DNA of 64,000 nucleotides from Eledone cirrhosa (taxonomy: Eukaryota): contig OZ024742.1 in the NCBI GenBank assembly GCA_964016885.1, positions 205,282,001 to 205,346,000 on the forward strand, read 5' to 3'. Each line of letters begins with the position of its first letter. Positions within the stretch are counted from its first letter, which is position 1. Below, piece after piece: positions 25,771 to 38,396 of this stretch. The notes beneath the pieces were generated by a model. The model was given only the letters and a program-made list of their open reading frames with translations, searched no databases and had not been told where the DNA came from. Both the position numbers and the translations under genes were made by a program.

Positions 25771-25837
25771 TATTTGTGAAAGAGTTACTCCAAGACTTGC
25801 ACATGCAAATGCTGCTGTTGTTTTGTCTGCTGTCAGA
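25771..25837 (+). CDS. AP1B1: beta-adaptin coding exon 7
   Basis: ICERVTPRLAHANAAVVLSAVR; tttcag| ... |gtaagt; 67 nt. Confidence 0.95.
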
Positions 25838-27314
25838 GTAAGTGTCTCTTTTTACTGAAACATTTCAAACTTTATTTCGGGTTTCATTAATAAGATGTTC
25901 TTTTTTTTATCCATTTTATTTTTGTAATAAAAACAAAGGATTACCCATCATTATCATCATTTAACATCTATTTTCCTTGGATGGAGCTTCACAGACTGTG
26001 TCAGTACTCAAGTGGGTCACTAACCTTCAAGTTGGGCCATTGTCTTGTTTACATAATTTCCCACCCTCTATTGAGTGCATTCTATTGTGGCAGCAGCACT
26101 AAGATGGTTGCCATGTCTTTCACACAACTGAAAAGTCCTACTGATCTTTTGTTTGACAGGTTTTCTATGGATGGATGCCCTTATCACCAACCACTTTACA
26201 GAGTATACTGGGTGCAGTTATCATGACATCGACATTTGAGAAGTTGTTAGCTATTGATTCAAATGAGCTCTCTTTTCCCTATAGGGAGGTGGGAGGTGAA
26301 CAATGTTTGACAAGTGTGGTGGGATTTGACAGGGTAATGAATATGAGGGTGGTGACCTTTGCTCGCATGTGGTGGTGGTTTTATGATAGCTAGTATGTCG
26401 TTATGATTGGGGTGTCAGGAGTTTAGAGAGGGTGAGGGTGGGTGGCGATATTGATGTGAGAATAGCAATTAAGGATTGAAGCATAAATGAGGTGGCCATG
26501 TCCAGTGATGGCTAGGATAGCTACTAAGGAATGCTAGTGAAGGGGAGGGGTAGGGGTATGTTGTTGGGTCAGGCCAGTTCACATTTCATACCGGTTAGCC
26601 AGTCTTCTCTAGTACAGTCCTTTGTCATCTTCGTAATTTTAACTATTTTATCAACTTCATTGATATATGGATACTTTTTATTTAAACTAGCTGACAGAAA
26701 CGGGAAGTCTATTGGGTGGTATGTACTTATTTTTAGGTTAAAGACTTATTGATATCAAACAGAAGCAACCATCTCCAAATGAGACAAAGCTGTTCTGTTA
26801 AAGAACATGTTGCAGACAGGGCTATGGCAACCAAATATGGTAGTTAGTTGTGATATAAGGGGGCTCCTGCCAGATGAATAAGCAACCCTGGACCAAACAG
26901 CAGTAAGCTACAAGATGGGGGTGGCTGGAGTCATATGTGACATTGTTAGCACTCTAGTTAACTCCCATAATTTTATGATGTAGTTATGGGGTGAGTAAAG
27001 GCTACTTCTAAAAAATCCTAGTCTTTGCGGATCTGAGAAAATTACCAATTTGGTGATAGGTGCGAATAAGACCACCGAAAACTTCAGTATGGTCAGATTC
27101 AATAAAAACAATCATGCCTAAGGTGTCTGGGCAACCCATTCAAAAAATATATTGGTCTCCATCCAATGTTGAAAAGCCTGGTAATAGGCCTGCGACCTGT
27201 CTTGGGAATTGTGGGATAGATGCACAAAAGTTATGTATTCCAGGACCCCAAAAAGGGTCCAGAAAGAAGCAATCATTGACAATTAACTAATTTTGTTTTT
27301 GTTTTAAATTTAAG

Positions 27315-27469
27315 GTTATAATGAAGTTTATGGAAATGATGGAACCTCAAAGTGAATATATCAATATGCTGGTTAAAAAACTGGCTCCTCCATTAGTCAC
27401 TTTGCTCTCAGCTGAGCCAGAAATTCAATATGTTGCCCTACGTAATATAAACCTTATTGTACAGAAAAG
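27315..27469 (+). CDS. AP1B1: beta-adaptin coding exon 8
   Basis: [51 protein letters not shown]; tttaag| ... |gtaaga; 155 nt. Confidence 0.94.
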
Positions 27470-28481
27470 GTAAGATATTTAACACTTTCATTAAAATATT
27501 TCTAATGGAAGATGTTGCTTATGATTTTTTAATTTTTTATTGAAAATAATCAATTGAAAAAAACAACAACCCACAAGTAGGATTGAGTAAAGAACAAAGT
27601 TCTATGAGGAACTTTTACAGACAACCTCAGTTACTGATGACAGAGACCTCATCATCCTAGCAGGAGACTTCAATAAACATGTTGGACAGCACTAGGACAA
27701 AAGATGTAGTGGGATAACAGGCAGACTAACATGAAAGAAAGACTTTGTATGGACATGTGATGTGCATGGATGATGATTGCTGGGTAAAGAAGTGCCAAGA
27801 AATCCCAGTGGAAGGAAGCAGCAATAAAGGTAGACCAAGAAAGAGCTGGGTGGAAGTGGTCAAAGTTGATCTCAAAAAAAACCCTATCCAACCCATGCAA
27901 GTGTGGGACAGCAGATGTAAAACGATTATAATGAATCTAGTTTTGGAGGGATTTAATTATATACCTAACTTTCACTTTATTAAGCTGGTATTTGGAACAA
28001 AACAAAAGTTCTTACATAAAATTATGATGCAAAGTTTTTAGATAAATATAAACATTTTAAAAATAAACAGTTGTGTCGTAGAACAAATGATTGTTTCAGT
28101 TGGTTTGGTATAGGTTAAAATTAATTTGAACATGGAAATTTGGTAGTAAAGAAGCTGGTTTTTTGTTTTTATTTTTCACAATACCAATGTCCATTTTGCA
28201 TTTCATATTTTATGAGATCAGTAAAATAAGCATCAGTAAAATGTGTTGGGGTCGGTTAAAAAAATATCAGAATTATATTAGTATATTGTTCACTGGTAGA
28301 AAAAAAATGACAAAATATATTTTCATATTTACTATAGTCCAAGCCTTCCTAGTAGGGAAAATGGATGTCAAATGATGATTATTTATTTAAATAAGCAATG
28401 ACAAAAAATATTTAGATTTATTATTTTGTATTATTGTATATTATTAAAAAAAATTAAATGTTTATACATATATTGTTTCAG

Positions 28482-28622
28482 ACCTGATATATTGAAGCAT
28501 GAAATGAAAGTATTTTTTGTGAAGTATAATGATCCTATCTACGTGAAACTGGAGAAACTGGATATAATGATACGTCTGACCAATCATTCAAACATTGTCC
28601 AAGTCCTTTCTGAACTCAAAGA
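28482..28622 (+). CDS. AP1B1: beta-adaptin coding exon 9
   Basis: [46 protein letters not shown]; tttcag| ... |gtgagt; 141 nt. Confidence 0.95.
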
Positions 28623-28781
28623 GTGAGTAGATTGACTTTTTACAAAAACAAGCATTTTAAGGCCATTTTCTCAGCTGGTGCAGCAGCTAGCTATGTGGCT
28701 GCCATGTCATGAGGTCCTATTTAAACTCCAATATGCTGTGTGCGATGCACGGTGCCATAAGAGTAATCCCCCCTTAATAGA

Positions 28782-28959
28782 TAATTGTTTCTACTTTTGG
28801 CACAAGGCCAGCAAATACTCAGTGCATTACTAGTACTTTATTTTATCGACCCCGTAAGGATGAAAGGCAAAGTTAACCTCGGCAGGATTTGAACTCAGAT
28901 CAGAAAGGGGCGTAACTCTGTGCTACTAAGCATGCTGTCCGACCCTGCCAAACCACCAC
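28782..28959 (-). mobile_element. tRNA-derived SINE with target-site duplication
   Basis: B-box GAGTTCAAATCC on the minus strand; CCTTAATAGATAAT duplicated at about 28772 and 28960. Confidence 0.8.
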
Positions 28960-30647
28960 CCTTAATAGATAATGCAGTCTCAAGGGAAACAACTCATAAA
29001 AATGACTAGTGTGCTAAAGATGAAAGCAACATTTTACAGCTTGATGTCCTTCCTGGTGCCACCTCTTTAAGTTGTCTCTTACACCACACAGGTTTATGGA
29101 GTATCTATTCTGAAATTGTTCTTAAATGTTTTTGTTAATTTTTCTGCCAGAATTGCCACTGGCAGATAGTATCAGCAATGGAACCAATATCAACACTGTT
29201 TAATGTCTAATTTCCATGCTTGCCTAGGTTAGACAGGTTGTCATGTTCTAAGGCTAGACCAGTCAGGTGACCATGTTTTGTTCATACATTCTATGAATGA
29301 ATGCCTTTCCTAATGCCAACCACTTCATTAGATTTACTGAGAGCTTTTTATGTAGCACCAGCACTGCCACCTTACAGGGTGGACTGGGTGTATTTTATGT
29401 CACCAATGCTACCCTGTTGTGACTTTTGGATACTCGTTAGTTTTTGGGCTGGCTGCAGAGGTAGTACCAAGAGTAAAATGAGGGAGCAAGCATCGGGCCA
29501 CATGTTGCATGCTAAGAGGGAAAGAACAGTCAGCCATAGAAAACTTGTCAAACAAAGACTCAGGGAACTCTTCAGCTGTATCAAAGGCATGACAACCTCC
29601 CTAGTGCTGGCACCACAATAAAATTGCTGGAGTGTGGAAACATATTAAGCATGATGCAGGGAAAATCGTCATTAAATGATGATGCTGATGAATGTCAGTT
29701 GATTGAAGTTGTTTTCCACTGACCATATTTATATTGCAAGCCCTTATTTCTATGTATACATTTTATGCAGAATACTTCCCTCTGATATTTTGAGCACACT
29801 CACTAAACATCACACATGCAGACACACGATGTGTGTGCATATCTTTTGCTGATGTAAATGGGTAAAAGTTGTAAACACCAGTTATTTTTTCACAAAACCA
29901 GTAAACATGCTTTTGATAAAAAATATACCATGTGATATTTTTTCTGCTTGAGTTTCATAGACAATCCTTGGTCACTCTCTCTTGCTGTCATAAATACAGT
30001 GAATCAATGATTGGTCTGTTAGAATCCTGTAGCCAACACCATTATTCACAAAATAACAATATAGATTTTAAAAATTGAATAAACCTTTACTAGCAGGAAA
30101 AATATATTAAGTGATGATGAATCAAATGTTTAAGAAAGTATCGGTAAAATTGTTACAATGTAAATAGGAACTAGTGTAGAGTAAGGCTGATAAAACAGAA
30201 CTATAGTTTTTAGCCTATATTTCATATTTGGTGGTAAGAACCTCTTCAAACAAAGTAAAATATAAGAATTTTGTTCTTATGAGCTATTTGTTGTGTAACT
30301 AGCCGTTGATGGAAAGGTGACATATATAGATTGGACAGTCGCACAACAAAGGATAGCTCATAAGAAAAAGATTCTCTGAATTTTCTTCATTTGCAAAAAA
30401 GTTCTAACCTTAAAATATGAAAAATACCCTAAAAACTATTGGTTTGCCATTCTTACTCTACTGTATTCTAGCTCCACCATTATATTTCCTATTTATCTTG
30501 TACCAGCTTTTCCAAAAACAATCTTAATTACATATCTCACAATGCTTCATATAAGAGAAATGTTTACTTTTGCTAGAATGTTTATGTAACTTTGCTAAAC
30601 CCAGAGAAATGTAATACCACCTACCTTTCATTTTTGTATTATTATAG

Positions 30648-30813
30648 GTATGCTACTGAAGTTGATGTGGACTTTGTACGTAAATCTGTACGAGCCATTG
30701 GACGATGTGCTATCAAAGTTGAACAAGCTGCTGAGCGATGTGTTAGCACTCTGTTGGACTTGATCCAAACTAAAGTTAACTATGTTGTTCAAGAAGCTAT
30801 TGTGGTCATCAAG
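30648..30813 (+). CDS. AP1B1: beta-adaptin coding exon 10
   Basis: [55 protein letters not shown]; ttatag| ... |gtaaag; 166 nt. Confidence 0.96.
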
Positions 30814-32139
30814 GTAAAGAAAAAAGTTAAAATAAATATTGTCTTTTATCTGTTTAATTATTAACTTAATCCTTTTGTTACCATGATTTTTCAAATAATT
30901 TTGAAAATAATCAAGAATTTGGAAGGATTTAGTAACATAACTAACTTTCTCATTAAGCTGGTGTTTGGAACATCTTATTGAGTTGCTACACCACACCCAT
31001 CCAGTGTTGTGCACAGAGCCTTACCTGGGGTGTTAAGGTTTCAAGATTAAGTGTGCGTGAATCTTCAATATTGGGGCAAACTAGGTGCTCCATAGTTTGT
31101 AATTGCCTGCATTGGGGCATAACAAATTTTAGATCAATATGAACTTTTGTATCATAAAATCACTGATTTCAGACATTTCAGTATGAAAATGGTTAAAGTT
31201 TGCAGTAGTACTGAGAATATAGGCATTGATAAGAAGAGGTATAACTGAATGGAAAGGGAGTTGATAGGAGGTTAGTGGTCAGAGTAGGGAAAGTGAAATA
31301 TGTGTGGGGGGAGGGGATGATAATGGTGAATTAAACAGAGACTGATAATCACCATAAGATCACCATCATTGTTGTCATCATTGTTTTATGTCTATTTTCC
31401 ATACTTACATGAGTTAGACTGGTTGTTCTGAGACTAGACATGTCAAATGAATGTGTCTTGCTCATACTTTCCATTCTGGCATGATTTCTATGGCTGAATG
31501 TCCTTCCTAATGTCAACCACTTTATGGCATGAATTGGGTTCATTTTCTCATGACACTACCTTTACCATTTGACAGTGGACTGGATGCATTTCATTGTGGC
31601 ACCAGTACTGCCACCTTACAAGGTGAACTGAGAGCTTTTGATTGTGGCAGTGGTAGGGAGTGAGGGGATGAGAGAAGGGTTTTAGCTGCCCATGGGGAGA
31701 GAGATGGGGAGTAAGCAGTCTGGGAAAAAGGGTGCAATACAAATGTTAACTATTTTTAGACTGTTACTACATATGAGCCGTCAGAAATACTCTATTAAGA
31801 AAGGGATTAGCAAAAACAGCAATAATTGGCTGAGTATCAGGACCTATTTTTTTTTTTTATAATTGATATTTATTTAAAAATCTTTGCATTATTCAATTCT
31901 TTCATGACCAACCCAGCCAAAACCAGTTCTGAAACAAAACCACTCATTTTAAGGATTCCTGTGTAAATTAAATTCCAAACCATATGAAATAATTAATGAT
32001 TATGGTAAATCCTTCCAAATTTTGATAACAACCTGCCTGGTTCTGTAATATGTAGCTATTTATTTTAAATTGTTTATCTTATCTAAAAGCTTTCCACCAC
32101 CATATTATGTAAGAACATTTTGTTATGTTCCAAACACCA

Positions 32140-32265
32140 AACTAACTTTTTCATTATTAATCTGGTGTTTGGAACATAATAATAATAATAATAAATAATA
32201 ATTTTATTATTATTTATTATTATTATTATGTTCCAAACACCAGATTAATAATGAAAAAGTTAGTT
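32140..32265. repeat. AT-rich palindrome with ~50-bp perfect arms around an (AAT)n/(ATT)n centre
   Basis: AACTAACTTTTTCATTATTAATCTGGTGTTTGGAACATAATAATAAT... followed by its reverse complement. Confidence 0.9.
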
Positions 32266-32453
32266 GTTTTATTAAATCCTTCAACATTTTTTATTTAAAG
32301 TGTCTTTCATAAGGAATATCGTAACAAAAAAGTTAATTGATTGAAATAATATATATCATTAGAAATACTGTAATGAGAGGTTTAAATCTTTCATTTGAGT
32401 TCTTAGTTTCACAAGTGATTGTTATTTAAACTTAACTTTTTTCTTTCTTTTAG

Positions 32454-32542
32454 GATATATTCCGAAAGTATCCCAACAAATATGAAAGTATTATTGCTAC
32501 TCTGTGTGAAAATTTGGACACCCTTGATGAACCAGAGGCAAG
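32454..32542 (+). CDS. AP1B1: beta-adaptin coding exon 11
   Basis: [29 protein letters not shown]; ttttag| ... |gtaagc; 89 nt. Confidence 0.95.
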
Positions 32543-33244
32543 GTAAGCAGTTTTGTTACTTAGCTGAAATTACAGTTGGATGGTCACAGCTGGAACATGT
32601 TTGATCTTAGGTCTGATTGTATACTTAAATGTGTGTAAATATAAATATTAGCAACTGTTACCATTGCTACGCTTGTGATAGATGCCCGGACTATGTGGAA
32701 GAATGCTCCTTGGCATGGTCAACCTCAGACACAAGACAGCTCATGGTCCTAGTGGGGAGAGTGGAGAAAGTGTTAGCCAGGAGGATAGTGGGAGAGATGC
32801 ATTGAAATAGTCATTCCAACTTGTTGGGCTCACTCTTGCAGGTGGCCAACATTTATATCTACTTGAAGAAGATATCATTTGATCTGAAACAACAACAAAA
32901 CAAAACATATATCAATTCCTTACAAATATACCTATTTTGGAAAAATCATAAATTTCAAATTGCATAAAAACTAGAGCTTGCAGACAAAAACCGATTTGAA
33001 GTCAGTTTTGAAAAACTACTCAGAATCAGTTGAAAAATTCCATGTAACAACAAATGAGAAAAAAATTGTTCAGTAGTGTAATTATGACAAACCATATGCC
33101 AGAAGATGTGGAAGTTGAAGGAAACATTCCATTAAAGATTTAAGAATTTCAAATAAAACTAATTTCAGGATTTGGGATGTTGGTATACAACATATAAAAC
33201 TGGAAAGGTGTGTGTGCGCGCATGTGTGTTTGTGTATAGATACA

Positions 33245-33810
33245 TGATGGCTGCCCCCTCGTTATCGAGTATGTCCATTGCACGATATACTATTATTAAT
33301 AATTATTAATTAATTCTATCGTGCATGAAGATATTTTTTAAAGTGAAGAAAGATTGTGCACTGAGCCAATCCCACTCTCTGAGCGACTAGCTATAACCCG
33401 AAAAGAAGAAAAGATCAACATCATTGGTAACTACTGAGCCGCAGGTTTTATATCGGACTTATCCAAGTTTCCTGAGTTGCCTTCTCATAGAAGAATGCCC
33501 TGACAAAGGCTAGGAGTCTTTCACTCCCAGTGGTTTAACTACACAATCGGGTGTCCAGCCCGACTATTTCTATGTCCCCGCGCATATACATTCATATGTA
33601 CATGTGTATATACATATTTACACACTTTTGGATGGCCGTTGAGTTCTTCCGCCGTTTGTCAGGTTTGGTTTTTTGTCCTGCAGGGTGTCCAAAATCACCC
33701 TCCTCACCAAGTAAACTTGGTGGGGTTGCCGGTTTAGTCGCCGACGACCCGACCATTTGACAGGCTGTACTGGGTTACATGTTACCAGTAGCACTCAAGA
33801 GTGACCCGAC
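33245..33810 (-). mobile_element. CpG-rich non-coding insert, possibly a non-autonomous RTE-type element
   Basis: Much richer in CpG than its flanks; minus-strand GGTCGGGTCGTCGGCGACTAAACCGGCAACCCCACC recalls RTE 5'UTRs (from memory, unverified); hairpin CACCAAGT-AA-ACTTGGTG. Confidence 0.35.
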
Positions 33811-34444
33811 ATATGCATACATACAAGGAAGATGGATTTTAAATGTTGATTTGAAAGGAATTTATTTGATCATATTAACCTCTGTAGGTAGTCATTAGAA
33901 TTCATTGATATTCATTCCGACTCTGTGCTCTCTGAGTTCAAATTCCGCCAAGGTCAACTTTGCCTTTCATCCTTTCGAGGTCGATAAAAAAAGTACCACT
34001 CTAGTACTGGGGTCGATTCTTCCTCTCTCTGGAAGAATTCTTCTGTACTCAGGCCTGGAGAGGGATGGGCTCCGCTAGGTTTAAAATACACAACAAATGC
34101 TGTATGTTAATACGGCACTCCTACAACTCTATTAGGAGTTACAGGGCCATACATACATACATTAACCTCTGTACTTGTTTTTGTTCAAGTCTGAACCTCT
34201 AAATTATATGACATATACACAGGCACACACACACATACATAAGGCTCCTACATTTTCCATTTACTAAATTCCACTCACAAGTGTTGGTTAATCTGAGGTT
34301 ATAATAAAACACTTGCCAAGGTGCCACACAGTGGGAGTGAAACCAGAACCACATAGCCATGAAGCAAACTCCTTAACCACACAATCATTCCTGAGCTTTT
34401 GTTTTTGAAATAGATCTTATATATTGTATCTGTATTGATTGTAG

Positions 34445-34547
34445 AGCATCCATGATTTGGATCATTGGAGAATATGCTGAGAGAATTGATAATGCAGATG
34501 AACTTCTTGAAAGTTTCTTAGAAGGATTTCAAGATGAAAACACACAG
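34445..34547 (+). CDS. AP1B1: beta-adaptin coding exon 12
   Basis: [34 protein letters not shown]; ttgtag| ... |gtaaga; 103 nt. Confidence 0.95.
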
Positions 34548-36263
34548 GTAAGATTTTCTTTGCCCACATATTCCTTTAGAGTCCTTTTAGAAGCAAACTT
34601 CTCCAACTGATCTGGCTGGATACCCAAACGTGACCAGCCAAGCTCATGGATGTTATCCAACCATCTTGCTCAGGGTCCACCCCTTGGTCTCCTGCCAGTT
34701 GGTTTTGCCCGAAAATCTGTCCAGCAATTCTTTCCTGAGACATTCCAACCACATGCTCATAGTATCAGAGATTTGTCAAAAGTTAATGTACTTGATTGTG
34801 TATTTAGTATAATTGTTACTCTATGAACATGGCAGAAAAATGTAACATTTAATCTGCCCACATCCATTACCTGGTCAGTCTACATGCTGCATACTTGATT
34901 AACCCCCCCCCCCCCCACACACACACACCGTCGTCACCTTTTGTTCATATTCCTGACTTCTTACCTGTCCTACCCCACCCATGCCAGAATGGAAAGATGG
35001 ATGCACTTTCACTGTACTACCAGATGCTTTTCTCTCTCTCCAAGATCCCCCCATGACCCAAAATTTACTTTTCTCTTCCTGCTCTCCCCCACAACTTGCG
35101 CTGTCAAATTTATGCACAAATTTCTCGCTCTTTGCCTAACCATGCCAGCATGAAAAGCCAGATACTTTCTACAATAAAACTAGATGTCACTCACTTCCAT
35201 TACCCCCAACTCTCCCTCAGTGTGATGGTAATAGACAGCTAATACCCCATTTTTATATCTCACCATCTCTTTATCATTGACCTTCCAGCTTGGTTAAAGA
35301 TACAAGTGCCCTAGTGTTGAAATATAGTAGTGTTGGTTCCACAATAAAATGCCAGTAGTCTACACTCTAAAATAATAGTGCTGGTGTCATGATAAATACA
35401 CCCAACTCACCAAGTCAGATGTAGTGGTGGTGCTACAAGAAAATGAACCTGATACATGCCATGTGACAACCCATGGGTTACCATGCAGGCATGGAAAATA
35501 AACATAAAATGTTGATGATAAAAGGTGTAGTTTAATTGAAATAATCTGAAGACCATGTTAGTTGATTATTTCTGTTCAATATATACTGGCAACTTTTGAA
35601 AATTTCCCCAAATTACATAACAAATAATCCCAGTGTTGTTGTTAAAAACTCAATAAAAACAAAAAAACTATAACAGTAGATTGACAGAATCATTAGATAA
35701 ACACGCCCAGTTCATTTTGTAAGGCGGTTGGTGGTAGGAAGGGTATCCAGCTGTAGAAAGCCTGTCAAACAAATTGTTAGAAAGGCTCTTCAACTGTGTC
35801 AGACTTGATAGCTTCTCTCCTTAGTGTTGGGGATTTACACAATAAACAAACACAGTACACTCTGTAAGGTGGTTAGTTAGAGGTAGGGCTTCCAGCCATA
35901 GAAAATCTGCCTAACAAAGGGTCATGAGGACCCTTCAGCCTAGTGCATGTGTCATGATAAAATACACTTGGTAGAGCATGGGATCATATGTGAGTTGCTG
36001 CCTACCTGAATACTTAGTAAAGTGCAGACTCTTGACCAATCTGAGAGGTCAGTAGCACTGCTTGAGTACTTAGTCTGTGATGACCCATCCAACCCTTGCT
36101 AGCAGGAAAAACTGACGTTAAACAATGAAGACGGTTAGAATGTAAAGAAAAAAACTATAACTTTGAGTTGAAATTACCTTTCACTGGTCTGCTGTTAAAA
36201 TCTATTACTGTTGATTCTATTTGAGTTGTTTAAATCATGTTTTTGTTTGTTTCTTCATAACAG

Positions 36264-36362
36264 GTTCAGTTGCAGTTACTAACAGCTATTGTGAAGTTGT
36301 TTTTGAAACGCCCCACTGACACCCAAGAGTTAGTTCAACAAGTTTTAAGTTTGGCTACTCAA
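36264..36362 (+). CDS. AP1B1: beta-adaptin coding exon 13
   Basis: VQLQLLTAIVKLFLKRPTDTQELVQQVLSLATQ; taacag| ... |gtaaga; 99 nt. Confidence 0.95.
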
Positions 36363-36429
36363 GTAAGAATAAAAATTCATTTTTCATTTAACAAATTTTA
36401 ATTGCATTATATAATGTTTGCAAGAAAAA

Positions 36430-36950
36430 AATGAGTATACGGGAAGAGGTGGGGAGGAGCAGCAGACTCTACACTTCAATGTAGATGGTATATCTCAACT
36501 GCATCCCTCAGACAACATGGTGAAAGCTTTGCCATGGAGACCAGTCAGAGACATCTGTTGCATCAGCCACTCTACCTCATGTGACTCTTTCCTTAGATAC
36601 GATGTAGTCCTCCATGTAGTGTTTAGAGACTGAAGACACCAGAAGTCTCAATAGAGACATAAAAAGGAAGCAGTCTGTCAAGTCCTGGTTTTGGCTATAT
36701 TCCTCACTTCCACATTACAGGTGGCAGTGCCTAGGTTTGTGGCTGGAGCAACAAGGTTGGAGGAAGAGAACATGTCACTGTATGTGGCATCCCAGATTAG
36801 AGATTCACTTCCCTCAAACAAGAAGAGGGTTATCCTGTTTGGGTGCTTACCATCTGCATGGTTGAGGTCGGCAGGCTCCAAGTGTGATAGGACACTGGCA
36901 ATGCCAAGGCTTCTCCTTCTGATGATGATGTCCAAGTCACATGATAGGTG
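36430..36950 (-). mobile_element. CRE-like non-LTR retrotransposon relic (restriction-like endonuclease domain)
   Basis: ORF 36678-36935 LEPADLNHADGKHPNRITLF...SLIWDATYSDMF matches the CRE EP.GL.R.DGKRPDG.T..PW..G..L.WD.T..DT motif; decayed continuation (ETSGV..., EVEWLMQQMSL) downstream. Confidence 0.75.
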
Positions 36951-37610
36951 AAATACAAGATGTAATAAGTTTGTTGTTTTTTTTGAAACTAGACATTGTT
37001 CATGTTTTGTATTTGATTTTTAATCCATTTTTTTTATCTGATCAACATCAATAATGCCACCACCAATACCAGCACCACCAACATCATTACCAACACCACC
37101 ATCACCACTGTCACAACACCACCAATACCAACAACATCTAACAATTTTCCATGCTGGAATGAATTGGACTATCTCAAAGAAATATGAATATTACTCAGAA
37201 ATAGATTTTTAGTGAATCAATTACATGTAACTGGTTATATATAACCAGTTACATGTAGCTGGTTATATATGCCATAGGCATTAGGAAGGGTATCCAGCTA
37301 TAGAAATCATGACAGTGGGTTGAGAAGTCTCTTCAGTCACATGAAGAACATGATAAACTCTCATGTTGGTGCCATGATAAAATGCACTCAGTATCCTCAG
37401 TAAAGTGGTTGGCATTAAGAAGAGCACTCGGCTAAAAGGGGAATGTATTGAGTGAGATGTGAACCTCACCCTATCTAGAGTGACAGTAGTTCTGATTAAG
37501 TAGTGACCTGTTTTATAACGTGTCCAACCAATATGAACATAGAAAATGGATGTAAAATGATGCTAATATTAAATTGTCCCTTATTCGAAAGATATTTTCT
37601 TATATATAAT

Positions 37611-37941
37611 CCTAATAAAGGCGAGGGAGGGGCTATTTTAGAGAATATTCCAATAAAGGTGAGAGGGGGGCTATTTTAGAGAATATTCCAATAAAGGTGG
37701 GAGGGGGGCTATTTTAGAGAATATTCCAATAAAGGTGGGAGGGGGGGCTATTTTAGAGAATATTCCAATAAAGGTGGGAGGGGGGCTATTTTAGAGAATA
37801 TTCCAATAAAGGTGGGAGGGGGCTATTTTAGAGAATATTCCAATAAAGGTGGGAGAGGGCTAATTTAGAGAATATTCCAATAAAGGAAATGGACGGGCTA
37901 TTTTAGAGAATATTTCAATAAAGGTGGGATTTTAGAGAATT
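37611..37941. repeat. ~38-bp G-rich minisatellite, about 9 copies
   Basis: Unit CCAATAAAGGTGGGAGGGGGGCTATTTTAGAGAATATT; ends about 70 nt before the exon 14 acceptor. Confidence 0.92.
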
Positions 37942-38012
37942 CTATTGTATTAGAAATACACTCCACTTTTTTTATGTTCTTGAAATGTTTAAAGCCTTTT
38001 TATTATTTAAAG

Positions 38013-38269
38013 GACAGTGATAATCCTGATTTAAGAGATAGGGGTTACATTTATTGGCGTCTTCTCTCAACGGATCCAGCTGCTGCAAAAGATGTAGTGT
38101 TGGCTGAGAAACCTTTAATCTCAGAAGAAACTGACCTTATAGAACCGACCCTTCTTGATGAACTCATATGTCATATCGCCAGTCTTGCTTCAGTCTATCA
38201 CAAACCTCCAAATGCATTTGTTGAAGGTCGTTCAAGTACACGGAAAGCTCTGCCGCCTCGTTCTACTTC
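38013..38269 (+). CDS. AP1B1: beta-adaptin coding exon 14
   Basis: [72 protein letters not shown]...PPRST; ttaaag| ... |gtaagt; 257 nt. Confidence 0.95.
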
Positions 38270-38365
38270 GTAAGTTTCATGTATTTTCCATTATTTTCTT
38301 CTTAAAGATGTCATCTAATGTGTGTGTGATGTGAATGTTTTGGCATAGTTGTATGTAACTTCTAG

Positions 38366-38396
<31 letters not shown>

